Assembly (NCBI GenBank): GCA_905480395.1
Contig: CAJQQE010000016.1
Location: forward strand, 58 to 64,057
Direction: 5' to 3'
Source: an uncultured Phycisphaerales bacterium
GTDB taxonomy: Bacteria; Planctomycetota; Phycisphaerae; Phycisphaerales; SM1A02
Length of the DNA stretch: 64,000 nucleotides
Program-made: the position numbers and the translations under genes
The notes under the pieces: generated by a model
Told to the model about the DNA's origin: nothing
Databases searched by the model: none
What the model saw: only the letters and a program-made list of their open reading frames with translations
In this document: piece after piece, positions 29,875 through 38,750 of the stretch
Layout: every line of letters starts with the position of its first letter
How positions within the stretch are numbered: position 1 is the first letter of the stretch

Positions 29875-31116
29875 ATGATCAAGATTCTTCTTCAATCCGC
29901 CGTCCTTGTGTCCCTCCTGCTCATTAGCTCGCCGATCGTGAGTTCTGGCCAAGAGCTCGATACAGAAGTTCAACCTTCTTGGTGGTCATCACTCCCCATG
30001 ACCCCCCTGATGACCGCCCCCGGGGTGGGAGAAACCCTTCCAAAGGGCTGGACAGTGGTGGGGGGACCGGCAAACTTCGAGTTCACCACCAATGCCAAAG
30101 GGCAGGTAGAGGTGCATGGATACGGATCTGCACCACAAAATGCGTTTCTCACCAGCGCCGCCACCTACGGCGACTTCCTTCTTGAATTCGAAGTCTTCAT
30201 CGACAAGGACGGCGGCAACTCCGGGGTGCAAATTCGGAGTGCGATCGATGGATCACGGATGTTCGGCTACCAAATCGAAATCGATCCCTCAGATCGTTCG
30301 TGGTCCGCTGGTCTTTATGACGAAGGACGTCGAGGCTGGCTCGCCTCACTCCAAGACAATGTGAATGCACAAGAGGCGTTCGCGCCTGGGGCTTGGAACC
30401 ACTACAAGATTCTCGCGATTGGACCTCGAATCCGAACTTGGATCAATGGTGTTCCAGCAGTCGACCATGTTGACTTTGCGGACGCCCGAGGCCAGTTTGG
30501 ATTCCAGGTCCACTCTGGGAAGTGTGATGTTCGTTGGCGAAACATCCAAATCGCCGACCTTGGTGAGCGAACCGAAACGGTTCTCCTTGACGCTTCACAG
30601 CATCTTGGATTTCACGTCACCCCAGCAGATGGCCTCTCAACCCAAGTTGATGGCTGGAGAATGAACCAAGCCGGTGTTCGAATTGAGAGTGTTCATTCGC
30701 TCGCGGATATCCCAAGCGTTCTGACGATCAAAGTGAACTTTGGCCAGGGAACATTATTTATAGAGCTTGGTGATGTTGTCTCAGGCCCTGGATACAGCCT
30801 TAGGATCCCTGGGCCACTTGGTTCACCAGAAACGCCCGGGACAATTCGCGTCCTTCGTTTCGCTGATCAACTTCGTGTCATGGTTGATGACGTCCCATTG
30901 ATACCTGGTCCGCCAGACATTGATGGTGCCTTACCGATGATGCTTTCTGGCGCGCTTGATACGAACGCGGTGATTCATCAGGTAACCATCAATCTTCCAT
31001 CAACGATGGTGTCGGCGTGGATGAAGAAGACTCAAGCCGCATGGTTGAAGCAGTCAAAATCTTCGGCGATAGAAAATGGTCCGACCAAGACCGAGACTCA
31101 AAACGTCGAGCCATGA
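29875..31116 (+). CDS. DUF1080 (3-keto-disaccharide hydrolase-like) domain protein with extra C-terminal domain
   Basis: GWTVVGGPANFEF...YGDFLLEFEVFIDKDGGNSGVQIRS...GYQIEIDPSDRSWSAGLYDEGRRGWL...WNHYKILAIGPRIRTWINGV...FGFQVHSG...VRWRNIQI. Confidence 0.85.
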   Translation: MIKILLQSAVLVSLLLISSPIVSSGQELDTEVQPSWWSSLPMTPLMTAPGVGETLPKGWTVVGGPANFEFTTNAKGQVEVHGYGSAPQNAFLTSAATYGDFLLEFEVFIDKDGGNSGVQIRSAIDGSRMFGYQIEIDPSDRSWSAGLYDEGRRGWLASLQDNVNAQEAFAPGAWNHYKILAIGPRIRTWINGVPAVDHVDFADARGQFGFQVHSGKCDVRWRNIQIADLGERTETVLLDASQHLGFHVTPADGLSTQVDGWRMNQAGVRIESVHSLADIPSVLTIKVNFGQGTLFIELGDVVSGPGYSLRIPGPLGSPETPGTIRVLRFADQLRVMVDDVPLIPGPPDIDGALPMMLSGALDTNAVIHQVTINLPSTMVSAWMKKTQAAWLKQSKSSAIENGPTKTETQNVEP

Positions 31117-31133
31117 TTTAATTAGTTGATTGA

Positions 31134-32069
31134 TCAGCCAGTTGCTGAACGGGGCCATATCTGGACATCAGCGCCGACAACTTGGTTTCGACCAGAATTC
31201 TTGGCTCGATAGAGTGCTTGATCCGCCACCATAATGAGCTTCTCTGGAGTTGGGGTTCCTGAGATGCAACTGAGATCTGCCACTCCGAATGACGCGGAAA
31301 CATGGACACCTGGGCGCTCCGGCCATTGAATCTCTGAGATCCGGACCCGATGACGGTCCGCGACTTCTATTGTTTCTTGCAGATCTGTTCCGGGCACGAT
31401 CAGCGCGAATTCCTCGCCTCCGTATCGGCACGCAACGTCGGGTGATCGGCCGCTCCCCAAGATCGCGGCTGTTCGTTCAAGTACTTCATCGCCAAAGGGA
31501 TGGCCGTAGGTATCGTTGAGATTCTTGAACCGGTCGAGATCACAGAGCACCAGAGACAAGGGATTTCCATAGCGAATCGCCGATGCGGTCTCTGCTTCCA
31601 GACGATCATCGAGATAGGCACGGTTCCAAAGCCCGGTGAGCCCATCAAGTTGAGCCCGCTGTGCAAGCATCTTCACTAATCGTTGCATCCGAAGTGCGGA
31701 CCGAACCCTCGCTTTTAACTCGCCGACATCGAAGGGTTTTCCGACGAAGTCGACCGCGCCCAGATCAAGACCGCGGACCCGATCCATTGTTTCATTACTG
31801 GCCGATACGAAAATGACTGCGATATCACGGGTGCTTGGATCGGCCTTGAGACGAGCAAGTACCTCGAATCCATCCAAGTCTTCGAGGTCGATGTCGAGGA
31901 GAATAACCTCGGGTTGAAGCTCTTTGGCCGCCGCGATTCCTTCGTCTGCGGTGTAGACGGAATGAAGGTCGATCCGCTCATGGCGCAAACGTGCCCGCAA
32001 AAGTCGATGAACGAGATCCGAGTCATCGATCGCGAGTACCCGCGGACGCATCGGTTCATCCTGAGACAT
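31134..32069 (-). CDS. response regulator receiver + GGDEF diguanylate cyclase (PleD/WspR-like)
   Basis: REC: VLAIDDSDLV...ILLDIDLEDLDGFEVL...KPFDVGEL. GGDEF: active-site RYGGEEF with intact I-site RSPD five residues upstream. Confidence 0.9.
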   Translation of the reverse strand: MSQDEPMRPRVLAIDDSDLVHRLLRARLRHERIDLHSVYTADEGIAAAKELQPEVILLDIDLEDLDGFEVLARLKADPSTRDIAVIFVSASNETMDRVRGLDLGAVDFVGKPFDVGELKARVRSALRMQRLVKMLAQRAQLDGLTGLWNRAYLDDRLEAETASAIRYGNPLSLVLCDLDRFKNLNDTYGHPFGDEVLERTAAILGSGRSPDVACRYGGEEFALIVPGTDLQETIEVADRHRVRISEIQWPERPGVHVSASFGVADLSCISGTPTPEKLIMVADQALYRAKNSGRNQVVGADVQIWPRSATG

Positions 32070-32090
32070 ATTGAACCCCGAAAATCAATT

Positions 32091-32525
32091 TCAAGAATCC
32101 GCCGGACGCACCGCGGCCCGGCAGTTGTTGATCAGGTCCTCGACCCGCTCGGTCAAATCAGAGATCATGGCTTCGTCGGTGAGGAGGTCGTATTCCAACC
32201 TCGCGGCTGAATCTCCGATCGAATCAAAACCATATCCACCAGCGGCACCCTTCAACTGATGGGAGATGCGCTGCAATGCGGCCGCATCCTCTGAAAGAAA
32301 AGCCGATCGGATCGTCTCCACCCGTTGGTCTAGTTCATCAACAAAGTGAATGACCAGATCCCGGAGTTCGGGATCACATTCATAGCTACTGTGAATTGGG
32401 GGTGTTCCGCCGGTATCTGGAAGATGGTCCATGACAGAATCATCGGCAGATCGATCACCTCCCTTTGCGATGTCGGTGTTGGCCACGTGGTGATCGGACG
32501 GACACGAGCCAACCGGTTGATACAA
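32091..32525 (-). CDS. Hpt (histidine phosphotransfer) domain protein
   Basis: ISHQLKGAAGGYGF phospho-His motif in a helical bundle. 21 nt upstream of the REC-GGDEF gene. Real start may be the ATG at 32432 (MDHLPDTGG). Confidence 0.75.
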   Translation of the reverse strand: MYQPVGSCPSDHHVANTDIAKGGDRSADDSVMDHLPDTGGTPPIHSSYECDPELRDLVIHFVDELDQRVETIRSAFLSEDAAALQRISHQLKGAAGGYGFDSIGDSAARLEYDLLTDEAMISDLTERVEDLINNCRAAVRPADS

Positions 32526-32628
32526 CCCTCACAAGTAGTATTCCTCAACCAAACTGGTCGATCGCCGAGTATCATTCCGAATCGCCTTGTCCGACGTCGG
32601 GGACGCCCTCGGCTTCTGGAGTTTCAAT

Positions 32629-33609
32629 ATGATTCCCAAGCAACCACCCCGTGATGGGCAGTCTGGTTTCTTGTATCTCCCGCCCTACCGAATCCATGGG
32701 ATTAGCGTGGCGGGTGAGTACACCACCATCACCGTTCCTGAATTTGGAATCACCTTCGACATGGGTCAATGCACCCGGGCGTCGTTGACCAGTGACCTGA
32801 TCGCCCTGAGCCACTCCCATATGGACCATGTGGGTGCGATTCCATATTGGTTCAGCCAGCGTTACTTTCAGAAGTTGGAGGGTGGCCGCATCCTCTGTCA
32901 TCCCGAAATCGCTGGGCCGTTGCGACGAATGCTTGAGTCGTGGGTCGACCTTGAACGTCAAAAGACGCCCAATAAGGTCGTAGAAATCGAGCCCGAGGCT
33001 GAGATTGAACTCCGGCAGAATGTGGTTCTTCGGGCCATCGAAACCAGGCATACATGTCCCAGCCTTGGTTATGCCGTGATCGAAAATCGGCACAAATTAA
33101 AGGCGGAGTATCAGGATTTCCCACAGGGTGAATTGCGACGAATCCGGGGTGAAGGGGAGGAGATCACCGTCAAGACCGAGATCCCTTTGATTGCTTACAC
33201 CGGTGACACTGATCGGGGTGACTTCCTGGAGCGGGATGAATTTGCAAAGGCAAAAGTCGTCGTCGCCGAGTGCACGTTCTTTGATGAAGATCATCGTGGA
33301 CGAGCTCGAATTGGTAAACATCTTCACCTTGACGATATCGCTGATCTCCTTAAAGAATGGGAGGCTGAACATGTTGTCTTGGTCCATCTCTCTCGAAGAA
33401 CACTTCTTTCTGACGCGCGAGATCGACTTGCAACGCTTGGGCCAGATGCCGATCGAGTGCACCTTTTGATGGACCATCGAACGAATCGGCGGCGTTACGA
33501 AACACAACTCGCGGAAGTTGCTGGGGAAGAGGTATCGGATATCGCAGATGATTCAACGAAAAAGTCAAGCGGTTCCCTAACTTCAGAAGGACTTCAAGAG
33601 AAAGGTTGA
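32629..33609 (+). CDS. MBL-fold metallo-hydrolase (RNase Z / beta-CASP-less type)
   Basis: HxHxDH motif LSHSHMDHVGA, with later GDTD and HLS motifs. The ORF track opens at TTG 32587; the first ATG is 32629. Confidence 0.8.
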   Translation: MIPKQPPRDGQSGFLYLPPYRIHGISVAGEYTTITVPEFGITFDMGQCTRASLTSDLIALSHSHMDHVGAIPYWFSQRYFQKLEGGRILCHPEIAGPLRRMLESWVDLERQKTPNKVVEIEPEAEIELRQNVVLRAIETRHTCPSLGYAVIENRHKLKAEYQDFPQGELRRIRGEGEEITVKTEIPLIAYTGDTDRGDFLERDEFAKAKVVVAECTFFDEDHRGRARIGKHLHLDDIADLLKEWEAEHVVLVHLSRRTLLSDARDRLATLGPDADRVHLLMDHRTNRRRYETQLAEVAGEEVSDIADDSTKKSSGSLTSEGLQEKG

Positions 33610-33615
33610 CGAGCC

Positions 33616-33640
33616 CCCCTCTAAGGGGTTAGATTCTTGT
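33616..33640 (+). terminator. short hairpin + T-rich tail after the MBL-fold gene
   Basis: CCCCT-cta-AGGGG followed by ttagattcttgttctcg. The stem is only 5 bp. Confidence 0.35.
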
Positions 33641-33755
33641 TCTCGATCACGGTGGGCTTCGTTGATCGAGAGTTCCAGAACGAAAAACATCAGGAATGCC
33701 GTTGTTCCAGATCTTCCTGATTCACGAGCGATAAAGCCGCGTGGAGGCTGTCGAT

Positions 33756-35132
33756 ATGTCGAGACCAGATCCGGAACTCCGTAGAGATCTCATCGCACAC
33801 CTGAGGTCTCATCACCCAGAAATGTGCCGTGCGTGGTTCGATGACATCGAGCCCGTTGATTTTGAGGGTGGTGTTCTTCGACTCTGTGTTCGAGAGCCGG
33901 TGCAACTCCGCTACCTCCAACGGGCGTGTCTCGATCCATTCAAAGAAGCTGCTCAAGCGGTCACCGGGATGCTTATCTCGGTGCGATTCATCGCACCTGA
34001 AGAATGTGAGCAACCCGAACCAAGTGAGTCGACCATCAATAATGGCCTTCAGAAGGCTGTTTCTCGCAACGAGGGAATTGATCTCGCAGCCGAGCAGATG
34101 GTTCTGAGCCCTGATTATGTCTTTGATAATTTCATCGTCGGACCCGGCAATCGCCTCGCCCTGATGGCGGCATCGGCCGTCTCTGAAAAGCCTGGGCGAG
34201 CCTACAACCCGTATTTCATCCATGGTGGTGTTGGACTGGGGAAGACCCACCTTCTGCAGGCGATCTGTCAGTTGATTCTGGCTGATCAACCCGACGCCAA
34301 CATCTGCTACATCTCATGTTCCACGTTTATGGATCTCTTCCACGAGTGTGTGAAGGCTGGTCGAATGCAGGACTTCCGGCACCACTTCCGCACCGCTGAC
34401 GTGCTGGTGATCGACGATATTCACTTCTTGTCCAAGCACGATCGGAGCCAAGAGGAGTTCTTTCACACCTTCAACGCCCTGTATCAGTCAGGCCGACAGA
34501 TCGTGTTGAGTTCTGATGCCGCCCCAGCAGAGATCCCAGACCTTGAAGAGCGACTGACAAGCCGTTTCAATTGTGGGCTTGTGGCCAGAATCGAGCGTCC
34601 CTGCTACGAAACACGGGTCGCAATCATCAAGGCGAAAGCCATGCTCCATGATCTGGAGCTTCCAGATGACGTCCCCGCCTATATCGCGGCCAGGTTAGAC
34701 ACCAACATCCGCGAGTTGGAGGGCGCCCTCTCCCGAATCAGAGGGTTTTCGCTCGCTGAGAACGAGCCGATCACGCTTGAACTCGCCAAGAAAGCCCTGG
34801 CGGATGACCCCTCACGGGGTGGTAGTGAGGGTGGGGCGGCTCCATCGATCCAGACCATCATCGAATCTGTCACCCGTTATTACGACGTGAAACTCACCGA
34901 TCTACTCAGCAAGCGACGCCACAAGTCGATCACGGTGCCTCGACAGATCTGTATGTGGTTGGCTCGGCGTCACACCCGGTTTAGCCTTGAGGAGATCGGT
35001 GGCTACTTTGGTGGCCGCGACCACACCACCGTCATGCATGCGATCCGGGCTGTCAATCGCCGTCGTGATGAAGATTCCTCGTTCTCAGATGCCCTCGATC
35101 GGCTGGAAACGAACGTTCTTGGTCCTGGTTGA
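33756..35132 (+). CDS. dnaA: chromosomal replication initiator protein DnaA
   Basis: Walker A GGVGLGKTHLLQAI, Walker B VLVIDDIHFL, sensor SDAAPAEIPDLEERLTSRF, C-terminal DNA-binding helix GGRDHTTVMHA. The ATG at 33756 has GGAGG 8 nt upstream. The ORF track uses GTG 33741. Confidence 0.95.
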   Translation: MSRPDPELRRDLIAHLRSHHPEMCRAWFDDIEPVDFEGGVLRLCVREPVQLRYLQRACLDPFKEAAQAVTGMLISVRFIAPEECEQPEPSESTINNGLQKAVSRNEGIDLAAEQMVLSPDYVFDNFIVGPGNRLALMAASAVSEKPGRAYNPYFIHGGVGLGKTHLLQAICQLILADQPDANICYISCSTFMDLFHECVKAGRMQDFRHHFRTADVLVIDDIHFLSKHDRSQEEFFHTFNALYQSGRQIVLSSDAAPAEIPDLEERLTSRFNCGLVARIERPCYETRVAIIKAKAMLHDLELPDDVPAYIAARLDTNIRELEGALSRIRGFSLAENEPITLELAKKALADDPSRGGSEGGAAPSIQTIIESVTRYYDVKLTDLLSKRRHKSITVPRQICMWLARRHTRFSLEEIGGYFGGRDHTTVMHAIRAVNRRRDEDSSFSDALDRLETNVLGPG

Positions 35133-35587
35133 AACTGGATTCCAAGCCGACCGACCTCGTATTTGTAAAAATGACAAACCCCATCGAGGGCCCAATTTTG
35201 GACCTGAGGTGCGGTTCTCTCGTCCTATCCAGGGCGCGGTTTTCTCCACAATGAGTGTGGATGAGTCCTTCGAGAAGCGCCGGTAGAAACGGGTCTGCCT
35301 CATTGTGGGCGACGGCGAACATCCGATCAGCCCAACATCAACCCGTGAACACCCGAAACACCGACCTTCAACAGCGCGACCCGACAGCCAATTGACAAGG
35401 CGCTATCAAAATATAACAGCCACAAACCCCTTCTTTACAACGGCTTACGTTTTTATGGTCTAGGTTTTCCACAAACCGGCGCCTCTTTTCTAAGAGAGAA
35501 GAGATAAAGAACTCTTTCCTCTCTAGAAGAGACCCTCCGACAACATCGTGAAGGGTGTGTTTTCGTTGTGGAAAAGTGTTGGGGGTG
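35133..35587. other. putative chromosomal replication origin (oriC): DnaA-box cluster + AT-rich segment
   Basis: One-mismatch matches to TTATCCACA: TTCTCCACA 35242-35250 (+), TGTGGATGA 35256-35264 (= TCATCCACA on -), TTTTCCACA 35465-35473 (+), TGTGGAAAA 35567-35575 (= TTTTCCACA on -). My hand count gives 40% and 42% G+C for lines 35401-35460 and 35461-35520, against 62-77% in counted coding lines (56401, 61801, 6001, 21181). Confidence 0.6.
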
Positions 35588-36445
35588 TCAGTGCTGGCAA
35601 GTTGGGCAAAAAGTCGTGGTGCGAGCAGCGATCGTGAGAACCTCGAGCGGACCTTGGCAGCCAAGGCAGGGGAATCCTCCTCGACCGTAGACCCGGTGGT
35701 TCTTGATAAACCCCCCCGATGAGCCGTCGGGCAGGATGTGATCCCGCAAGGTGCTTCCACCAGCCTCGATGGCGACCCGGAGCGTTGACCGAATGGCGGC
35801 CGCCAAGCGGGTTGATTCGGGTCGCGAGATCGAATCACCGGTCCGGGCGGGATGAAGACCCGCCCGATGTAGGGCTTCGTCAGCGTAGATATTCCCTATT
35901 CCCGCTAAGACAGACTGGTCAAGAAGGGCAGCCTTCAGAGAACGCCTGGTTCCCCCCAGAAGGTCGTGGAGACGGTTCCCTCGGATCGAGGTCGCCTCTG
36001 GTCCGAGACCCGTTAGAAGGCGACTCTGACAGTCCTCGACCGAATCAAAAAGGTAGACGCCGCCAAATCGCCTCGGATCAATGAACGACATTTTTATCTG
36101 TTTTTGGGAGCTCTTTGGTGGGGTGATCGTCCAGACCAAATGCCTGTGGGGCGGGACTGGATGGCGGTTCAAACCCTCTTCGATCGTGATTCGCCCAGAC
36201 ATTCCCAGTCTGATGATCATTCCGCCACTACTGGAGAACAAGACCACCAACTGTTTTCCCCTTCGGTCCACAGATTCGATGACCTGGTGTTGGCCAACAT
36301 GGTCCACAGAGAGGCGCCCTTTTCGACGAGCAGACCGATCTCGAACCACGTCTCGGCGGTGGACCCGAACCTTTTCAATCAAGCCACCAGCCACCACCTG
36401 TTGGACCTGCCGGCGAATCGCTTCAACTTCCGGAAGTTCTGGCAT
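35588..36445 (-). CDS. mutM: formamidopyrimidine-DNA glycosylase (Fpg/MutM)
   Basis: The ATG at 36445 gives MPELPEVEAIRRQV (catalytic Pro2/Glu3). H2TH region present. C-terminal zinc finger CLGCQGPL...FCPTCQH. Confidence 0.9.
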   Translation of the reverse strand: MPELPEVEAIRRQVQQVVAGGLIEKVRVHRRDVVRDRSARRKGRLSVDHVGQHQVIESVDRRGKQLVVLFSSSGGMIIRLGMSGRITIEEGLNRHPVPPHRHLVWTITPPKSSQKQIKMSFIDPRRFGGVYLFDSVEDCQSRLLTGLGPEATSIRGNRLHDLLGGTRRSLKAALLDQSVLAGIGNIYADEALHRAGLHPARTGDSISRPESTRLAAAIRSTLRVAIEAGGSTLRDHILPDGSSGGFIKNHRVYGRGGFPCLGCQGPLEVLTIAARTTTFCPTCQH

Positions 36446-36628
36446 TGAGCTAAATCTAAAAAAGAGTTTTTGACCATTCCGACGCACCGCCGCGCTCATC
36501 AGAAAGTGCAAACACCGGAATCAAGAGGGGGGCCGACTATACTCAAAGAGTTCAAATCCAATTCGCTGCGAGGGCATGCTGTAAGCCCCTCAACCATTTC
36601 CCACCGCGATACACGATACGGAAACACG

Positions 36629-37690
36629 ATGACCGATCCAAAGTTGCATCAGGATGACCCCGCCGCCTCCGCTTCGGAGGTTCAGAATGTCTTCAATAGG
36701 ATTCGAGGTGAGGTTCAGAAGGTAATCGTTGGTCAGGAAGATGTTGTCGAGGAGGTGCTGATTGCCATCTTCTGTGGCGGCCATGCGATTATCGAAGGGG
36801 TGCCGGGGTTGGCGAAGACGCTGCTTGTCCACACCCTCTCAAGCACACTCAATCTCCACTTCTCCCGGATCCAGTTCACCCCCGACTTAATGCCGTCGGA
36901 CATGACCGGAACCGAAGTGATCGAGGAAGACAAGTCGACCGGACAGAGAAGCTTGAGATTCGTACCCGGTCCAATCTTTGCGAACATCATCCTCGCGGAC
37001 GAGATCAACCGCACGCCACCAAAGACCCAGGGCGCGCTTTTGGAAGCGATGCAAGAACGACAAGTCACGGCGGGGGGTGAGTCCCACCCACTTCCCAGCC
37101 CGTTCTTTGTCCTTGCCACCCAGAATCCAATTGAGCAAGAGGGAACATATCCGCTTCCCGAAGCCCAGCTCGACCGTTTTATGTTCAACATTAAGGTCGG
37201 CTATCCCACCGAAGAAGACGAGTTGGCCATCGTCCAACGAACCACCACCGACGAATCTGCTTCCGCAGATCAAATTCTCACTGGCGAAGACTGCCTCCGA
37301 ATCCAGAACTTGGTCCGCCAAGTTCCGGTGGCGCCCCACGTTGCCCGGTATGCACTCCGAATCGTGCGCTCAACCAGAGTTCGCGAGTCAACAGATGACA
37401 AACCAGAGATCGTTCGCAACTACCTTTCGTGGGGTGCGGGTCCTCGCGCGAGTCAATTCCTGGTTCTCGCGGCAAAGGCAAAGGCGTTGATCAGTGGGAC
37501 ATCACATGTCACTCCAGAGCATATTCGCTCGGTGGCACTCCCCATTCTTCGACACCGGTTGATCACAAACTTCAACGCAGAGGCGGACAACATCAACACC
37601 GATGACATTGTGAAGCGGCTTCTGGAGATCACCCCGATCGACGAATCCAACACAGAGACCAGAACCACGCTCGACTCTGTAACCCACTGA
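36629..37690 (+). CDS. MoxR-family AAA+ ATPase
   Basis: From the ATG at 36629: IVGQEDVVEEVLIAIFCGGHAIIEGVPGLAKT (Walker A), ILADEINRTPPKTQGALLEAMQERQVT (Walker B / AAA_3), ATQNPIEQEGTYPLPEAQLDRF. Confidence 0.9.
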   Translation: MTDPKLHQDDPAASASEVQNVFNRIRGEVQKVIVGQEDVVEEVLIAIFCGGHAIIEGVPGLAKTLLVHTLSSTLNLHFSRIQFTPDLMPSDMTGTEVIEEDKSTGQRSLRFVPGPIFANIILADEINRTPPKTQGALLEAMQERQVTAGGESHPLPSPFFVLATQNPIEQEGTYPLPEAQLDRFMFNIKVGYPTEEDELAIVQRTTTDESASADQILTGEDCLRIQNLVRQVPVAPHVARYALRIVRSTRVRESTDDKPEIVRNYLSWGAGPRASQFLVLAAKAKALISGTSHVTPEHIRSVALPILRHRLITNFNAEADNINTDDIVKRLLEITPIDESNTETRTTLDSVTH

Positions 37691-37793
37691 TTCTTATGGT
37701 TCTTTGGTTGATTCAACCATTTTTAAGCACCAACCAGCCCCTGACCCAGAGACGGAGAACCCGTTGACCGATTCGAACCCGGGATCCGCCGGC

Positions 37794-38750
37794 ATGCGTG
37801 CCGAACAGTATCTCGCTCCCGAGACGATCGGGCAGCTGACGTCATTTGAGTTTCGAGCTCGAATGATCGCCGAGGGTGTGATGAGTGGAATGCACCGTTC
37901 GCCGTATCAAGGTCTTGCGGTTGAATTCGCGGAGCATCGACAATACGTTTCTGGGGACGACCTCAAGCATCTCGACTGGAAGGTCTACGGCCGAAGCGAC
38001 AAGCTTTATCTCAAGCAATATCAACAAGAAACCAACCTTGATGTGGTCATTCTTGTCGACGCGTCCGCGTCCATGAGGTTTGGAACCCTCAAGGTGAAAC
38101 AAGGGTGGGGCGGCACCGACGCATCCTCGCGGATTAACACCTGGACTAAATTTGATCACGCCACCGCGATTGGCGCGGCGTTGTGCTACTTGGCACTTCA
38201 ACAGCGAGATCGCGTCGGGCTTTCGATGTTTGCCGACGGAATCCAAGCCCAAGTCAAACGATCCAATGCGAAGACAACTTGGCGAAACGTCGTGCGAACC
38301 CTTGCGACCGAAACCGTAGACAGCACCACTGATTTCAAGAAAGTCGTCGAGCAAACTTTGGCAACCGTGTCTAATCGTTCACTCTTTGTCATCGTGAGCG
38401 ATTTTCTTGTCCCGACCGAGACGGTCCGGGCGGGGCTCGCTCGACTCCGGCACCGTCGTCACGACGTCATGTTGATGCAGGTGTTGGATCGACAAGAACT
38501 CCAATTCGATCTCGATGAACCCTCGCCATTCGAGGGTTTGGAAGGGGAGGGCCGAGTCAACATCGACCCAAGGGTGATTCGGGAAGATTATCTTTCCGCC
38601 CTCACCAATCACTGCAATACCCTCGAGAAAACCGCGCGAAGCCTTGGCTTTGATTACCTCCGATTCGATTCCCACGGGTCGGTTGGGCCGGCACTTGCCG
38701 CACTGTTGGGCCGCCGAGCACTTCTTGCCCGCGGAGGGCGGGCGGGATGA
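37794..38750 (+). CDS. DUF58 protein (vWA-like, MoxR partner)
   Basis: HRSPYQGLAVEFAEHRQYVSGDDLKHLDWKVYGRSDKLYLKQYQQETNLDVVILVDASASM (DUF58 core plus DxSxS). The ORF track opens at TTG 37704; the first ATG is 37794. Confidence 0.85.
   Translation: MRAEQYLAPETIGQLTSFEFRARMIAEGVMSGMHRSPYQGLAVEFAEHRQYVSGDDLKHLDWKVYGRSDKLYLKQYQQETNLDVVILVDASASMRFGTLKVKQGWGGTDASSRINTWTKFDHATAIGAALCYLALQQRDRVGLSMFADGIQAQVKRSNAKTTWRNVVRTLATETVDSTTDFKKVVEQTLATVSNRSLFVIVSDFLVPTETVRAGLARLRHRRHDVMLMQVLDRQELQFDLDEPSPFEGLEGEGRVNIDPRVIREDYLSALTNHCNTLEKTARSLGFDYLRFDSHGSVGPALAALLGRRALLARGGRAG

Noticed and set aside
33690-34289. 199-aa minus-strand ORF overlapping the dnaA 5' half
   Set aside because: dnaA on the + strand is unambiguous, and the antisense product has no family features.
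35368-35838. 156-aa minus-strand ORF reaching into the putative oriC
   Set aside because: Its 3' part is out of frame with, and overlaps, the mutM zinc-finger region, and its 5' part lies in the AT-rich DnaA-box region. The composition is Arg/Ser/Pro-rich and not coding-like.
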